Below, piece after piece: positions 21,001 to 30,385 of a stretch of DNA of 57,041 bases. Where the stretch lies: the NCBI GenBank assembly GCA_019894975.1, contig JAGXNO010000022.1:1-57041 (forward strand), in the 5' to 3' direction. The DNA is from Promethearchaeota archaeon. Lineage in GTDB: Archaea > Asgardarchaeota > Lokiarchaeia > Sigyniarchaeales > SOKP01. A program made the position numbers and the translations under genes. Every line of letters begins with the position of its first letter. Positions within the stretch are counted from its first letter, which is position 1. The notes below the pieces were generated by a model. The model saw nothing but the letters and a program-made list of their open reading frames with translations, had not been told where the DNA came from and did not search any database.

Positions 21001-21413
21001 TATATTGCGCACCTATTTATTATCAAAAATTATATCACTTAGTAGCAGATAAACTTCATGCTAGAGCACGTGGACCTGTTCAAATATTAACAAGGCAACC
21101 AACAGAAGGTAGAGCAAGAGAAGGCGGGTTACGGTTTGGTGAAATGGAACGAGATTGTCTTGTAGGACATGGATCTGCATTACTCCTAAAGGAGAGATTG
21201 TTAGATGAGTCAGATAGAACAGTTATACTAGTTTGTGAAAAATGTGGGCTATTAGCGGTGTATGATCGAAATCGAGATAAGCGTTATTGTCCTGTATGTG
21301 GAGAAAGTACAATCATATCAAAGGTTGTTTGCTCATATGCTTTCAAATTGTTATTACAAGAGATGATGAGTTTAGGTCTTGCTCCAAGACTCAAGCTCAA
21401 AGAGAAAATTTAG
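18042..21413 (+). CDS. rpoB: RNA polymerase subunit B (Rpo2), unsplit
   Basis: GYFIINGTE, CPAETPEGPNCGLVKN, GDKFSSRHGQKG, GGLRFGEMERD, C-terminal Zn finger. Confidence 0.99.
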   Translation: MSTEKLSNEDKWVVLKSLFDEKGLVRQHLDSYNQFIEDEMQSIVDESGEVIPDIPGFKIKFGKIKVGMPKVREADGATMEITPIEARIRELSYAADITLEMTPITIDERTQREEAEETLDIYIGKIPIMLKSCRCPLESLSEQELINRGEDPLDPGGYFIINGTERVLVTQEDLAPNRILAEEASRSSSATHQAKVFSTRSGFRAPVTIERKKDGNLRVSFPSVPGKIPLAILMRALGLHSDREIFEAISENEEIQKELIPVIDVASEIQVLKDPEKSQQNALDYIGKRVAIGQTKDYRIRRALQVLDRYLLPHIGNAEEDRLKKAYYLGQMAQKVMELALSLREPDDKDHYSNKRLKLAGELFTGLFRVAFLNLVKDIKYQLERTAVRGRAPNIKTAVRADVITERIRHALATGNWVGGKAGVSQLLNRQNHVGTLSHLRRVISPLSRSQPHFEARDLHPTQWGKICPAETPEGPNCGLVKNLALAAIISVGADERIIENILFDLGVIPINEVKNVRGDKVKVFLNGKLVGIHQQYNPFIRQLREKRRKGEISQHVNIGYYHDSSEIQINCDAGRATRPLFVLKNKMPLILKEDIEKLRQNKYIWSDLVQKGVIEYLDAEEEENAYIAMFEEDLTSEHTHLEISPAAILGICASIIPFPEHNQSPRNTYEAGMVKQALGLWAANMHLRLDTRGHTLHYPQQPLVKTSPMEIIGINKRPAGQNFIIGMMSFEGFNIEDAIIINKASIERGLARSHFFRTYDAEERKYPGGEVDKFEIPERGVRGFKSAESYRLLSEEDGIIEPETQVNGGDVLIGRTSPPRFIKSYEEFELMQPNRRETSKNMRHNEKGIVDTVIISETVDGNKLVKIKARDLRIPELGDKFSSRHGQKGVLGLIVDQSDMPFTSSGVIPDIIVNPHAMPSRMTLGQLFEGISGKIACVNGKLGDATAFEWTNITKLQELVVESGFEFNGREVMYNGITGEKYEAGIYCAPIYYQKLYHLVADKLHARARGPVQILTRQPTEGRAREGGLRFGEMERDCLVGHGSALLLKERLLDESDRTVILVCEKCGLLAVYDRNRDKRYCPVCGESTIISKVVCSYAFKLLLQEMMSLGLAPRLKLKEKI

Positions 21414-21519
21414 GTTTTACTTAAATTACTCTAAAATATATCTTCTTTTTTTAAAGAAATTTTATTTAATTCAAGTGAGAAAAAAGAAAAAAAATTAGTT
21501 TTTAAGATTTTTTTATTAC

Positions 21520-21960
21520 TTAGAATCCGAATCCTAAGAATGTGTATAGTTCTGGTATTAAACAGTATAGTATGTATAGTATGAATAATGTCAATAAGGA
21601 AACCCATACAGATTTATCCCAAGGAAGATCAATTAGGAACTTTACAAGAACTAACAAAATAAGAAATCCAATAATCGGTGTTAAATTAATTAAGAAATTT
21701 GCTCCGCCGTCGTCAATTGCGTCCCTAATCGCCGCTAAAGCGTCTCCAATAGCACTTAACACGTTATTAATCGCATTTAAAACGACTGGTAAAAGTAACA
21801 CAATAATAAAAGCTAAGATTGCTATCAAGAACTTCTTATCAGAAGCTTTTGTCTTTGATTCTAAGAGAAGTACCACGATGTATATTATTAAAAACACAAT
21901 AATCGTTGCAAGTATTAACCATATTACAAACATTAAAGGTTCAGCATCTTGAAACAACAT
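21520..21960 (-). CDS. four-TM membrane protein of unknown function
   Basis: 146 aa with four hydrophobic helices. Confidence 0.7.
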   Translation of the reverse strand: MLFQDAEPLMFVIWLILATIIVFLIIYIVVLLLESKTKASDKKFLIAILAFIIVLLLPVVLNAINNVLSAIGDALAAIRDAIDDGGANFLINLTPIIGFLILLVLVKFLIDLPWDKSVWVSLLTLFILYILYCLIPELYTFLGFGF

Positions 21961-22093
21961 TTTAATGACCTATGAAGTGTATTTTTATAAATAAAGTAAT
22001 AAAAAATATTACACTTCTTCTTTTTTAAAGATTGAGTTCTCAAATTATAAATAAAATGATTATAAATTTCTCACCATTAAATTTGAGATCTTC

Positions 22094-22294
22094 CTATATT
22101 CCCAAGTTCAACAAGAAGAAGTGAATAGAGAATCCTAGAAATACCGATGCTATAATTATGGTAATTACCGATAACCGAACTGATTTTTCTCTCCCATATC
22201 TTGTATATACTACTAAAATTGTTAAAGCTGCTAATCCTATGAAGAGAAAAATCCATGCTAATACCCATAATGATAATGAAGGAACTTGAGCCAT
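22094..22294 (-). CDS. candidate OST5/TMEM258-like oligosaccharyltransferase subunit
   Basis: 66 aa TM hairpin; FIG...VY and ASVFLGFSIHFFLLNLGI resemble the TMEM258 C-terminus as recalled (ASLFMGFGVLFLLLWVGI). Confidence 0.7.
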   Translation of the reverse strand: MAQVPSLSLWVLAWIFLFIGLAALTILVVYTRYGREKSVRLSVITIIIASVFLGFSIHFFLLNLGI

Positions 22295-22448
22295 TTATAG
22301 ATAACCAAATTTTTTTTGTAATTAGTATATGTAATTATGTTAGATTTTTTTTTAATTTTATTGAAGAATGAAATTTAAAATAATGATTTTTTGATAGTTA
22401 TTAAATAGAATCTATTTTATTATTCAAGAAAGATTTTTATATATAATT

Positions 22449-23228
22449 ATGATGCATTTTCTAAAAAAAATAATAGAAACCCCAATTTTAAAAGATCCTG
22501 CTGGAGAACATATAGATGTTCATCGTCATTTTTATAGATATTCAAAAGGAGAATTTATCGGCCCTGCTTTAAAGATTTCAAAAAGTAGCTCGCGAATAAC
22601 ACTAAAAGGTAGTCATGAATATGAAGATTTAATACTTGAGGCTGTAGCGGATACTATTTCTCAAGAGGAAGTAGAGATTAAGGGTGTATTAATATCTGGG
22701 GGTGATGTTGGTGATCTAATTGAAGATCTGGGTTTTGATTGGGCTTTGAAAAAATCAACAGGTAAAACAAAGAATTTTAAAGCTAATTTCGAAAGTACAA
22801 CTAATAAAGATACCCTTATAGAAAGTATTAAAGAGTTTAGAAAAACCAGTTATTATTTAATTTCTTTTAATATTACTCCTACATGTAAGGTAACCACTAA
22901 AAAGAATATCCCACAACCCTCTAAAAAGAAAGTGGAGGAAGATGACGTAAGTAAGAGAATATCATTCTGTACTGGAGTTATGAATTACTCTGAACAAAAC
23001 TTAAATAACACAATAAATCTAACTTTACATGACTTTAAATCGGAACTCCCTACAAAATGGAAAAGCATAATTATTACAAATAACTATAAAATTACTGATA
23101 TTGTGTTACCTGATGACGTCGATAATTGGGGATTAAAAAGAATATTAGGAATCAGAAAAGCTAAATTATTTCGATCGATAGATATAGATGGTGAAATTAT
23201 AGAAAAGCAATATAATATTGTTGTCTAA
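22449..23228 (+). CDS. hypothetical protein upstream of tfe
   Basis: 259 aa basic ORF; HRHFYRYSKGEF-type N-terminus; no function recognised. Confidence 0.75.
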   Translation: MMHFLKKIIETPILKDPAGEHIDVHRHFYRYSKGEFIGPALKISKSSSRITLKGSHEYEDLILEAVADTISQEEVEIKGVLISGGDVGDLIEDLGFDWALKKSTGKTKNFKANFESTTNKDTLIESIKEFRKTSYYLISFNITPTCKVTTKKNIPQPSKKKVEEDDVSKRISFCTGVMNYSEQNLNNTINLTLHDFKSELPTKWKSIIITNNYKITDIVLPDDVDNWGLKRILGIRKAKLFRSIDIDGEIIEKQYNIVV

Positions 23229-23350
23229 CTATTGATTGGAAGTTTTTTCATTTATTTTAAAAAAATTTAATTCTAATAAAAAATATTTAATTATCAATTT
23301 AATACTAAATGTGAACAAGGTAGAGCTGCATTAAAGAAATAAATCCGTTC

Positions 23351-23905
23351 TTGCGATCTTTTCTCTATATCATTGCGGGGGATATTGGGGTTTATGTTGG
23401 GATTGAACTCCTAAAATCTAAATCCCAGGATATAACCGATGAAGATATAACAGAAAGTATAAAGCGCGAGATTAAAGATACAGAAGTTGATTTCGAACCT
23501 GATGATTCAGAAGTTTTAAAATTGAATACCGTGCGAAAAACACTCTACAAATTATATTCAGAAAAACTCGCTCAATTTAGGAGAATACGAGATAAATCTA
23601 CAGGGTGGTTTATTTATTATTGGTGGCATGAATTTGATTTATTGGAAGAAATCCTTATTGAGAAGAAAAAAGTAGTAGAGAGTAAATTGAGAGAGCGATT
23701 AAGTTTTGAGGAGAAGAATTATTTTTTCTTTTGTAAAACTTGTCAAAAAATTAATATTAAATATAATTTTGATGAAGCTTTTGAACTTAATTTTAGATGT
23801 CCTGATTGTGGAAGTCCCTTAGAAGCCCAAGACAACCAGAAAATCATTGAACTTTTAAAAAACAAAATAGCACTAAGTCGAAACTTGAAGATTTCAATTG
23901 ATTAA
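23351..23905 (+). CDS. tfe: transcription factor E (TFIIE-alpha)
   Basis: LNTVRKTLYKL wHTH, TGWFIYYW, Zn ribbon CKTC...FRCPDCG. Confidence 0.95.
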   Translation: MRSFLYIIAGDIGVYVGIELLKSKSQDITDEDITESIKREIKDTEVDFEPDDSEVLKLNTVRKTLYKLYSEKLAQFRRIRDKSTGWFIYYWWHEFDLLEEILIEKKKVVESKLRERLSFEEKNYFFFCKTCQKINIKYNFDEAFELNFRCPDCGSPLEAQDNQKIIELLKNKIALSRNLKISID

Positions 23906-23980
23906 GTTAAGCTTTAATTTGCATAAATTTTGAGCTTCATTGTAATTAGCTTTAAAACAATTATACATTGGGATCTATTT

Positions 23981-26020
23981 ATGAATAAATTAGTTAGGTT
24001 TGGAACTTGTACAAAAGATTGTTATGGATCATGCGTATTTCATGGAGTTTGGAATGATGATGCTTTAGAGCATAAATTATTGCATACAAAACCTATAAAG
24101 GATCATCCTTTTACTAATGGTTTTTTTTGTCCAAAATATAATAATAGACAAGAATTACTTTATCATCCAAATCGTTTGCGAAAGCCGTTAATTAGGACTG
24201 GTTCAAAACCTGGGAGCGAATTCGAGATTATATCTTCCCAACAAGCACTTGATATAATAGCACAAAAAATACGTGGTCTTATAGAGAATAAAAAACAAAA
24301 ATCTATAATTGGAGCTTATTATGCGGGAAATTCTGGCCTAATATCTATGAATTCACCTCTAAGGTTTTTCAATAAAATTGGAACTACTATTACCAGTGCG
24401 GGATTATGTAATGAAGGGGGTTGTGAAGGTTTAAAAAAAATATTTGGTACCTATTCAATAACAAATCCATTTCAAATAAATAATCCTGAAACCCATTTAA
24501 TTGTGATTTGGGGAAGTAATCTCTCAGATAGTAATATTCATGCTTATACTATGGTCAAACGAGCGTTAAAAGAAAAAACAAAAATAATTGTCATTGACTC
24601 TCGAAAAACTCAGATAGCTAAATATTCTCATTGTTTTCTGCAAGTTAATCCTGGTACTGAACAGTTATTAGTTAAACTTATTGTAAATGAATTTCTTAAA
24701 CAAAAGCTCTGTGATGTAGGATTTCTAGAAGAACATGTTGATTCCTATTCAGCTATTTTTTCAGAAATCGGAAATATCGATGAAAGTGAATTATTGGTAA
24801 AAGTAGGGATAGATGAAAAAATATTTCAGAAATTTATTGATTTACTAATTGAGAATAAACATCACACCTTGTTCATGGTTGGTTATGGTGTTCAGAAAGA
24901 TTATTATGGGGGAAGAATCCTTCAATCTATCGCATTAGTTCAAATTTTACTTGGAAATATTGCTAAACCTGGAACGGGATTAATATACTCTCAAAGTGAT
25001 TTTGTAAAACCTATAACTAAGCCAATTTTAGATTATATCACTCAATCTACAAAATTTCCCAGTTTAGAAAAGGTACCCTTAATTAATCTTGGTAAGGTTT
25101 TATCTACTGAGGATTTCAAATTATTATTCATTTACAATATCAATCCTGTGAGTTCTTTACCTAATCAAAATTTATTAAGAGAAGCTCTCTTAAATAAAGA
25201 ATTATTTGTAGTAGTTTTAGATTTATTTTTGAATGAAACTACAGATTATGCTGATATAGTGATACCTGCGAAATTTGATTTAGAATCAACTGATATAATA
25301 GCCCCGTATTATATTCCAAGTATATCTATAAATTTAGGAGGCCCGTGTCCTTATTCCGATTGTATGTCAAATTATGAATTTTTTCAGCAATTAGCTTGGA
25401 AAATTGGTTATGAAGAATCACCAATTTTTAATGAATCGGGTGAAGAAATATTTTATAAAGGATTAGAGATGTTACCAAAAAAAATACATGAAGATCTTAT
25501 TTCTAAAGGGTACCATTTGTTGTTAGACCCATCAGAGATTCCGTTTAATAATTATAATTTCCCTACTCAAAATCAAAAAATTCAGGTTCAAGATATAAAT
25601 TTGGGATTTGGGGAGAATATGATAAATCAAAGGCTTAAACGCAAAATAAATGAATTTCTTCTAATTTCACCTTCTCATGCAAATTTCCTACACTCTCAAC
25701 TAGGCCAATTGAATTCTATGTATTATGAAGATTTCAGTAAAGTTTTTTTAAATTCAGAAAATATCAAGAAACTTAACTTAAAAATTGATGAAAACGTGCG
25801 AGTTTATAATGAATATGGTTCCGCAAATTATGTTTTAGGTGCCCTCAAATCTTTAAAACCAGGGACAGCTTTAATTTATTCAGGAGCATCATCACCCCTT
25901 AATCGAAGTTTGAATGTTAATCTTTTTACTCCCGACACCCCTGAAGAATCAGGGCTTTCTGGAGCCTATAATTCTACAGTAATACAAGTTAAGAAATTAA
26001 AACATAAATCCTTGGATTAA
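23981..26020 (+). CDS. molybdopterin-dependent oxidoreductase (DMSO reductase family)
   Basis: CTKDCYGSC...FCPK Fe-S motif, IWGSN, ETTDYADIVIPA; ATG at 23981 preferred as start. Confidence 0.88.
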   Translation: MNKLVRFGTCTKDCYGSCVFHGVWNDDALEHKLLHTKPIKDHPFTNGFFCPKYNNRQELLYHPNRLRKPLIRTGSKPGSEFEIISSQQALDIIAQKIRGLIENKKQKSIIGAYYAGNSGLISMNSPLRFFNKIGTTITSAGLCNEGGCEGLKKIFGTYSITNPFQINNPETHLIVIWGSNLSDSNIHAYTMVKRALKEKTKIIVIDSRKTQIAKYSHCFLQVNPGTEQLLVKLIVNEFLKQKLCDVGFLEEHVDSYSAIFSEIGNIDESELLVKVGIDEKIFQKFIDLLIENKHHTLFMVGYGVQKDYYGGRILQSIALVQILLGNIAKPGTGLIYSQSDFVKPITKPILDYITQSTKFPSLEKVPLINLGKVLSTEDFKLLFIYNINPVSSLPNQNLLREALLNKELFVVVLDLFLNETTDYADIVIPAKFDLESTDIIAPYYIPSISINLGGPCPYSDCMSNYEFFQQLAWKIGYEESPIFNESGEEIFYKGLEMLPKKIHEDLISKGYHLLLDPSEIPFNNYNFPTQNQKIQVQDINLGFGENMINQRLKRKINEFLLISPSHANFLHSQLGQLNSMYYEDFSKVFLNSENIKKLNLKIDENVRVYNEYGSANYVLGALKSLKPGTALIYSGASSPLNRSLNVNLFTPDTPEESGLSGAYNSTVIQVKKLKHKSLD

Positions 26021-26040
26021 ACCTAATTTCATGGTTCTAT

Positions 26041-26589
26041 TTAGGAATCTAAGTCTTTACTTTTTTTTCTAATATAAGCGATATCTCCCAATGAACCACC
26101 AGTTGATTTTTTCATGAATTTGGTATCTTGAACATTGAACTCAGTATTCTCAGCTTTCTTTATTAATTGGAGGTTATACACTTTTAAGATTTTTTTGGCT
26201 AATTTAATAGTTGGTTCAACTTTTCCTGCTTCAATTCTTTTAAGTAATGAGGGTTTCTCATTTAATTTCTGAGCAAATTGATCTTGGTTAAGCTTAAGAT
26301 TATTTCTAGCATTTCTGATTCTTTTAGCATAATCCAAAACAATTTCTAGCGCTTCAACTCCCCTAGGTTTTGAGGTTTGTTTTCTTGGTGCTGATTGGGA
26401 TCTAATTTGTCTCGATTTTGTTATTTTAGCATTGGAGGGGGATTTATAGATTTTCTTTCCATGTTGTGCGCAATTATCACAAACGGTGATATTTGCGCCT
26501 TCTAATAGAACTTTTTGTCCTCTTCCCCATATTATACCACCACATACCGGACATTCCTTGTCTAACTCATTATATCTAGGTTTTGGCAT
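26041..26589 (-). CDS. mbf1: archaeal multiprotein bridging factor aMBF1
   Basis: CPVCG...VCDNC Zn ribbon, Cro-type HTH, SLGD motif; next to pan. Confidence 0.92.
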   Translation of the reverse strand: MPKPRYNELDKECPVCGGIIWGRGQKVLLEGANITVCDNCAQHGKKIYKSPSNAKITKSRQIRSQSAPRKQTSKPRGVEALEIVLDYAKRIRNARNNLKLNQDQFAQKLNEKPSLLKRIEAGKVEPTIKLAKKILKVYNLQLIKKAENTEFNVQDTKFMKKSTGGSLGDIAYIRKKSKDLDS

Positions 26590-26833
26590 AAATTCAACTC
26601 CAGTTTTACTACATGCTAGAATCCACTTTCATATATAGAAGGTACTTGAGAACTCTTAAAATTTATGCTTTTTTTCCCATTATATTTTATAATCTATAAA
26701 TTTTTTAAAAAACGAGATTTTTAAGAATTAGTAAAGTGATAACCTTAAATTTAAATGAATAAAAGTTTATTATTAAATTAAAGCACTTTCTTAAGGATAA
26801 TAGAAATTTGAGAAACAAAGGGGTACAATTTTT

Positions 26834-28042
26834 TTGACTACGACTAAGGATAAGAGAAAGAGAGAAGAAGTTAAAGATGGCGAGTATTTGATAACCTATA
26901 CCAGACATCTAGAGAAAAGGTTGAGAAACTTAGAGACTGAAAAGCAGTTATTGGATGCAGAGAGATTAAGATTAGAACAAGAACTACACAGTTTGAGAAA
27001 TGAAATTGATAGATTAAGAGAACCTCCTTTAGTCTCCGCAACAATCATAGATTTTATAGATGATAAAGGAAGGGCAATAGTGAAAAGTTCTACAGGCCCA
27101 AGTTTCGTTGTTAATGCTAGTAGAAAAGTGAAAAATGAAAAATTAGTACCAGGAATGAGAGTTGCCCTAAATCAGAGAACGTTCGCAATTATGGAAGTTT
27201 TACCAACAAAGTTAGACCCATTTGTTAAAGGTATGGAAGTAATAGATTCAGTTCCAGATATTTCTTATGGTGACATCGGGGGATTGGAAGATCAGTTACA
27301 GGAAGTTAGAGAGACAGTTGAATTACCATTAAAGAAGCCTGAACTGTTTGAAAAAATAGGGATTGAACCCCCTAGAGGTGTATTATTGTATGGTCCCCCT
27401 GGTACGGGAAAAACATTATTAGCAAAAGCAGTTGCTCATGAAACGGAAGCTACCTTTATCAGAATCATTGGATCTGAACTTGTTCAAAAATTCATTGGTG
27501 AAGGTGCTCGTTTAGTTAGGGAGATTTTTCATCTAGCAAAACAAAAGGCTCCTACTATATTATTTATTGATGAATTAGATGCAATTGGATCTCAAAGATT
27601 AAAAATAGCTACATCTGGAGATAGGGAAGTTCAGAGAACTCTTATGCAGTTATTAAGTGAATTAGACGGTTTTGAGCAACGAGGGGATGTGAAAATAATT
27701 GGAGCTACAAATAGAGTTGACATTTTAGATCCTGCTTTACTGAGGCCTGGTAGATTCGATCGCATGATAGATTTTCCTATTCCCGGAGATGAAGCAAGGA
27801 AAGCTATTTTTAAGATTCACACTAGAAAATTGAGTATCGTAGAAAAAGTTGATTTCAACAGATTGGTACAATTAACAGAAGGCGCTACTGGTGCAGATAT
27901 AAAAGCTATCGCTACGGAAGCAGGTATGTTTGCTATTAGAAATGACGCTGAGATAATTAGTGGTAAAAATTTTATTGATGCTGTTGATAAAGTTATGAAT
28001 AAAGTAAGAGATAAATGTATTGAATCTAGGTTATATTCATAA
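26834..28042 (+). CDS. pan: proteasome-activating nucleotidase
   Basis: Coiled coil plus OB fold, [22 protein letters not shown]-terminal HbYX (LYS). Confidence 0.97.
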   Translation: MTTTKDKRKREEVKDGEYLITYTRHLEKRLRNLETEKQLLDAERLRLEQELHSLRNEIDRLREPPLVSATIIDFIDDKGRAIVKSSTGPSFVVNASRKVKNEKLVPGMRVALNQRTFAIMEVLPTKLDPFVKGMEVIDSVPDISYGDIGGLEDQLQEVRETVELPLKKPELFEKIGIEPPRGVLLYGPPGTGKTLLAKAVAHETEATFIRIIGSELVQKFIGEGARLVREIFHLAKQKAPTILFIDELDAIGSQRLKIATSGDREVQRTLMQLLSELDGFEQRGDVKIIGATNRVDILDPALLRPGRFDRMIDFPIPGDEARKAIFKIHTRKLSIVEKVDFNRLVQLTEGATGADIKAIATEAGMFAIRNDAEIISGKNFIDAVDKVMNKVRDKCIESRLYS

Positions 28043-28110
28043 TACAATAAAAACTATTTATTTTTTATATACTTTTTTCAATATAACCAATTTTTTTTTT
28101 AAAACTAAAT

Positions 28111-28602
28111 ATGGATCCTAAACGCTTAATAGGCTTAAGACAAGTTAAAGCAATTTCAGATTATCAATTTGGCAAACCAGTAACGGATGTTCTATTTGAA
28201 AATATGCAGAATATTCATCTTGAAAGATCTCGTTCTACTGATAAAATAAGATATATTTTTCATAATGATAATTTAATGCTTACTTTAAGACCAAATAACG
28301 GATTCTTTACATTAAGTCTGTATTCTGCCAATATTATTATTCAAAATTGTGTTTCTCCAAAGATGAGAGTAATCGTTTTAAACGAAATTTCGGAGTTTAT
28401 TGAGAGAGGTAGAAATGTGTTTTGTAAACACGTTGTTGATTTAGATGAGGATTTAAGGCCGTTTGATGAAGTAATTGTTGTTAATCAAAATGATAAACTA
28501 TTAGCTATTGGGAAATTAAAATTACCGGTTTCTTACGTTAAATCTTTTACGAGTGGAGTTGCTGTAAATGTTCGAAAGGGAATCTACAAATCAAAAATTT
28601 AA
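28111..28602 (+). CDS. pre-PUA/PUA domain protein (TgtA C-terminal-like)
   Basis: DYQFG, GRNVFCKHVV, DEVIVV, VAVNVRKG. Confidence 0.88.
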   Translation: MDPKRLIGLRQVKAISDYQFGKPVTDVLFENMQNIHLERSRSTDKIRYIFHNDNLMLTLRPNNGFFTLSLYSANIIIQNCVSPKMRVIVLNEISEFIERGRNVFCKHVVDLDEDLRPFDEVIVVNQNDKLLAIGKLKLPVSYVKSFTSGVAVNVRKGIYKSKI

Positions 28603-28644
28603 ATTGCAAACTATTCTATAGTAATATAAAAACTACATTAAAAA

Positions 28645-29133
28645 GTGAAGATTTTGGTAAAACTACCAAAAGAAATGCAAGATAAAATAAAAAATAAACC
28701 TAGAAGACCGCAACCAGCGGTAAAGAGAGATAGTGCTCAAGTTGGATCAAGACAGATGCGAAGAAAAATGCAACAACAAGGAATCGAAATGGATCAGATT
28801 GAAGCGACGAGAGTTATCATCGAAGGAATAGAGAAAACATTAGTATTAGAACACCCTGAGGTTGTTCTGATGAAACAAGCTGGTCAAGAGATTTATCAAA
28901 TAATTGGTACCGCTGAAGAAGTTTCCCCAGAAGATCTTACAGTTGTTTCTGATTCTAAAATTGATGAGGATAACATATTAGAAGAGACACAATATAAGTC
29001 TGCTATAACAGAAAATGATATTATGTTAGTGGCCGCTCAAGCAAATGTAGATAAAAAAGAGGCAGAAACTATTTTAAAAGAATGTGATGGTGACATTGCT
29101 AAAGCAATATTAATGCTAAAAAATCGACCGTAA
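28645..29133 (+). CDS. nac: nascent polypeptide-associated complex protein
   Basis: QMRRKMQQQGI, YQIIG, C-terminal UBA (DIMLVAAQA...GDIAKAI). Confidence 0.92.
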   Translation: MKILVKLPKEMQDKIKNKPRRPQPAVKRDSAQVGSRQMRRKMQQQGIEMDQIEATRVIIEGIEKTLVLEHPEVVLMKQAGQEIYQIIGTAEEVSPEDLTVVSDSKIDEDNILEETQYKSAITENDIMLVAAQANVDKKEAETILKECDGDIAKAILMLKNRP

Positions 29134-29220
29134 TGGAAGTGCTTTTTTCAAAAATAAGAAATAATAAAAATTATGAATTATAAAATTTTAATATTCAAAA
29201 AGAAGGTTAACTGGTAACAA

Positions 29221-29574
29221 ATGTCAAAAGTTAGGGAAAAACAGAAACAACGTCAAAAAGATATATCAGAATTTGACGTTAAATTTGAAAAAATTATTCA
29301 ATTTTCTGGTTGGATGTTTTTATTGGCTCTAGCTGTTTTTATGGGAGGTTGGTTTCTTCTTGATATGGTTTTAGAGATGATAGATTTAAATTTAAATGCC
29401 ATGACTTTCAGCATTATTATTTTTATAGGAACAAATTCAGCCGTGAGTTTTGCTTTAGCATCAAAAATTAAAAATGACCGTACCAAAAAAAGAGAAATAC
29501 TTTTTGATTGGTTAATAGGAGAGTTTTTATTATCAATGTTTGCGATTTTTGCTGTAGCGGCATATCAGTGGTGA
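29221..29574 (+). CDS. three-TM protein, candidate OST2/DAD1-like
   Basis: 117 aa; hydrophilic N-terminal helix plus 3 TM; FDWLIG before TM3 resembles DAD1 ADFLFA. Confidence 0.5.
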   Translation: MSKVREKQKQRQKDISEFDVKFEKIIQFSGWMFLLALAVFMGGWFLLDMVLEMIDLNLNAMTFSIIIFIGTNSAVSFALASKIKNDRTKKREILFDWLIGEFLLSMFAIFAVAAYQW

Positions 29575-29627
29575 AGTTTTCCTTTATTTCTTCTTATATT
29601 GCTTCGTTTTTTATAGAAATAAAATAA

Positions 29628-29957
29628 TCATTTATAATCTTCTCTAGCAGGATTGAAAACATCAATCACTTCAGAATCTTCTAAAACTACTGCCCCATGT
29701 TTTTCATTTGAATCAAATATATAACTGTCACCTCCCTTAGCTATAAATTCTCCTTCCTCGGTAATGAATTGTAATTTTCCTTTTATGACATATCCAATTT
29801 GGTGTTCTTTATGAGTATGTAAGGGGATATTAGCATTTTTTTCAAGTGTAAAATGACATAGCATAAGTTGTTTATTATATAATAATGTTTTTCGATAAAC
29901 TCCTTCAAAAACTTTTATTGCCTGGACATTATTTCTACTGGTGATATTTCTTATCAT
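29628..29957 (-). CDS. cupin domain protein
   Basis: HTHKEHQIGY...H, DVFNPAREDY. Confidence 0.9.
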   Translation of the reverse strand: MIRNITSRNNVQAIKVFEGVYRKTLLYNKQLMLCHFTLEKNANIPLHTHKEHQIGYVIKGKLQFITEEGEFIAKGGDSYIFDSNEKHGAVVLEDSEVIDVFNPAREDYK

Positions 29958-30385
29958 AATAACTTCACTTTAACAAAACCCTTTGATAAATTTTTTTATT
30001 TAAATATGTTCATGTCTAATTTTAATGTATTTTATCTATGTTGAATTTCAGAGAAACTATAGTCTCTTCGACATAATTTGATAATACTAGCAAATATCAA
30101 GATAATAAATTAGAAATCAATTAGACTCCAAATGAATATGAATTTTAACTTGATTTACCTGCACAAGAATAGAAATTGCACATAAAGGCTTAATAAAATA
30201 ACTTTAAATTGGAGAAAAGAATAAATTTTTATATCAAAAGAGGTAAAATATTAACGATAATAAAGAATTAATAATGCTCTTAATTCAGATCATACCACCG
30301 ACAAAATTCTGTACTTCCATAATCCGTATATGATAGTTCTTTATTGTTATAGATTATTAGTAATTAAAAAAAGAGATGTAAAACT

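Noticed and set aside
21542-21952. 136-aa plus-strand ORF
   Set aside because: Antisense shadow of the four-TM membrane gene
22077-22268. 63-aa ORF overlapping the OST5-like gene
   Set aside because: Alternative frame with no recognisable features
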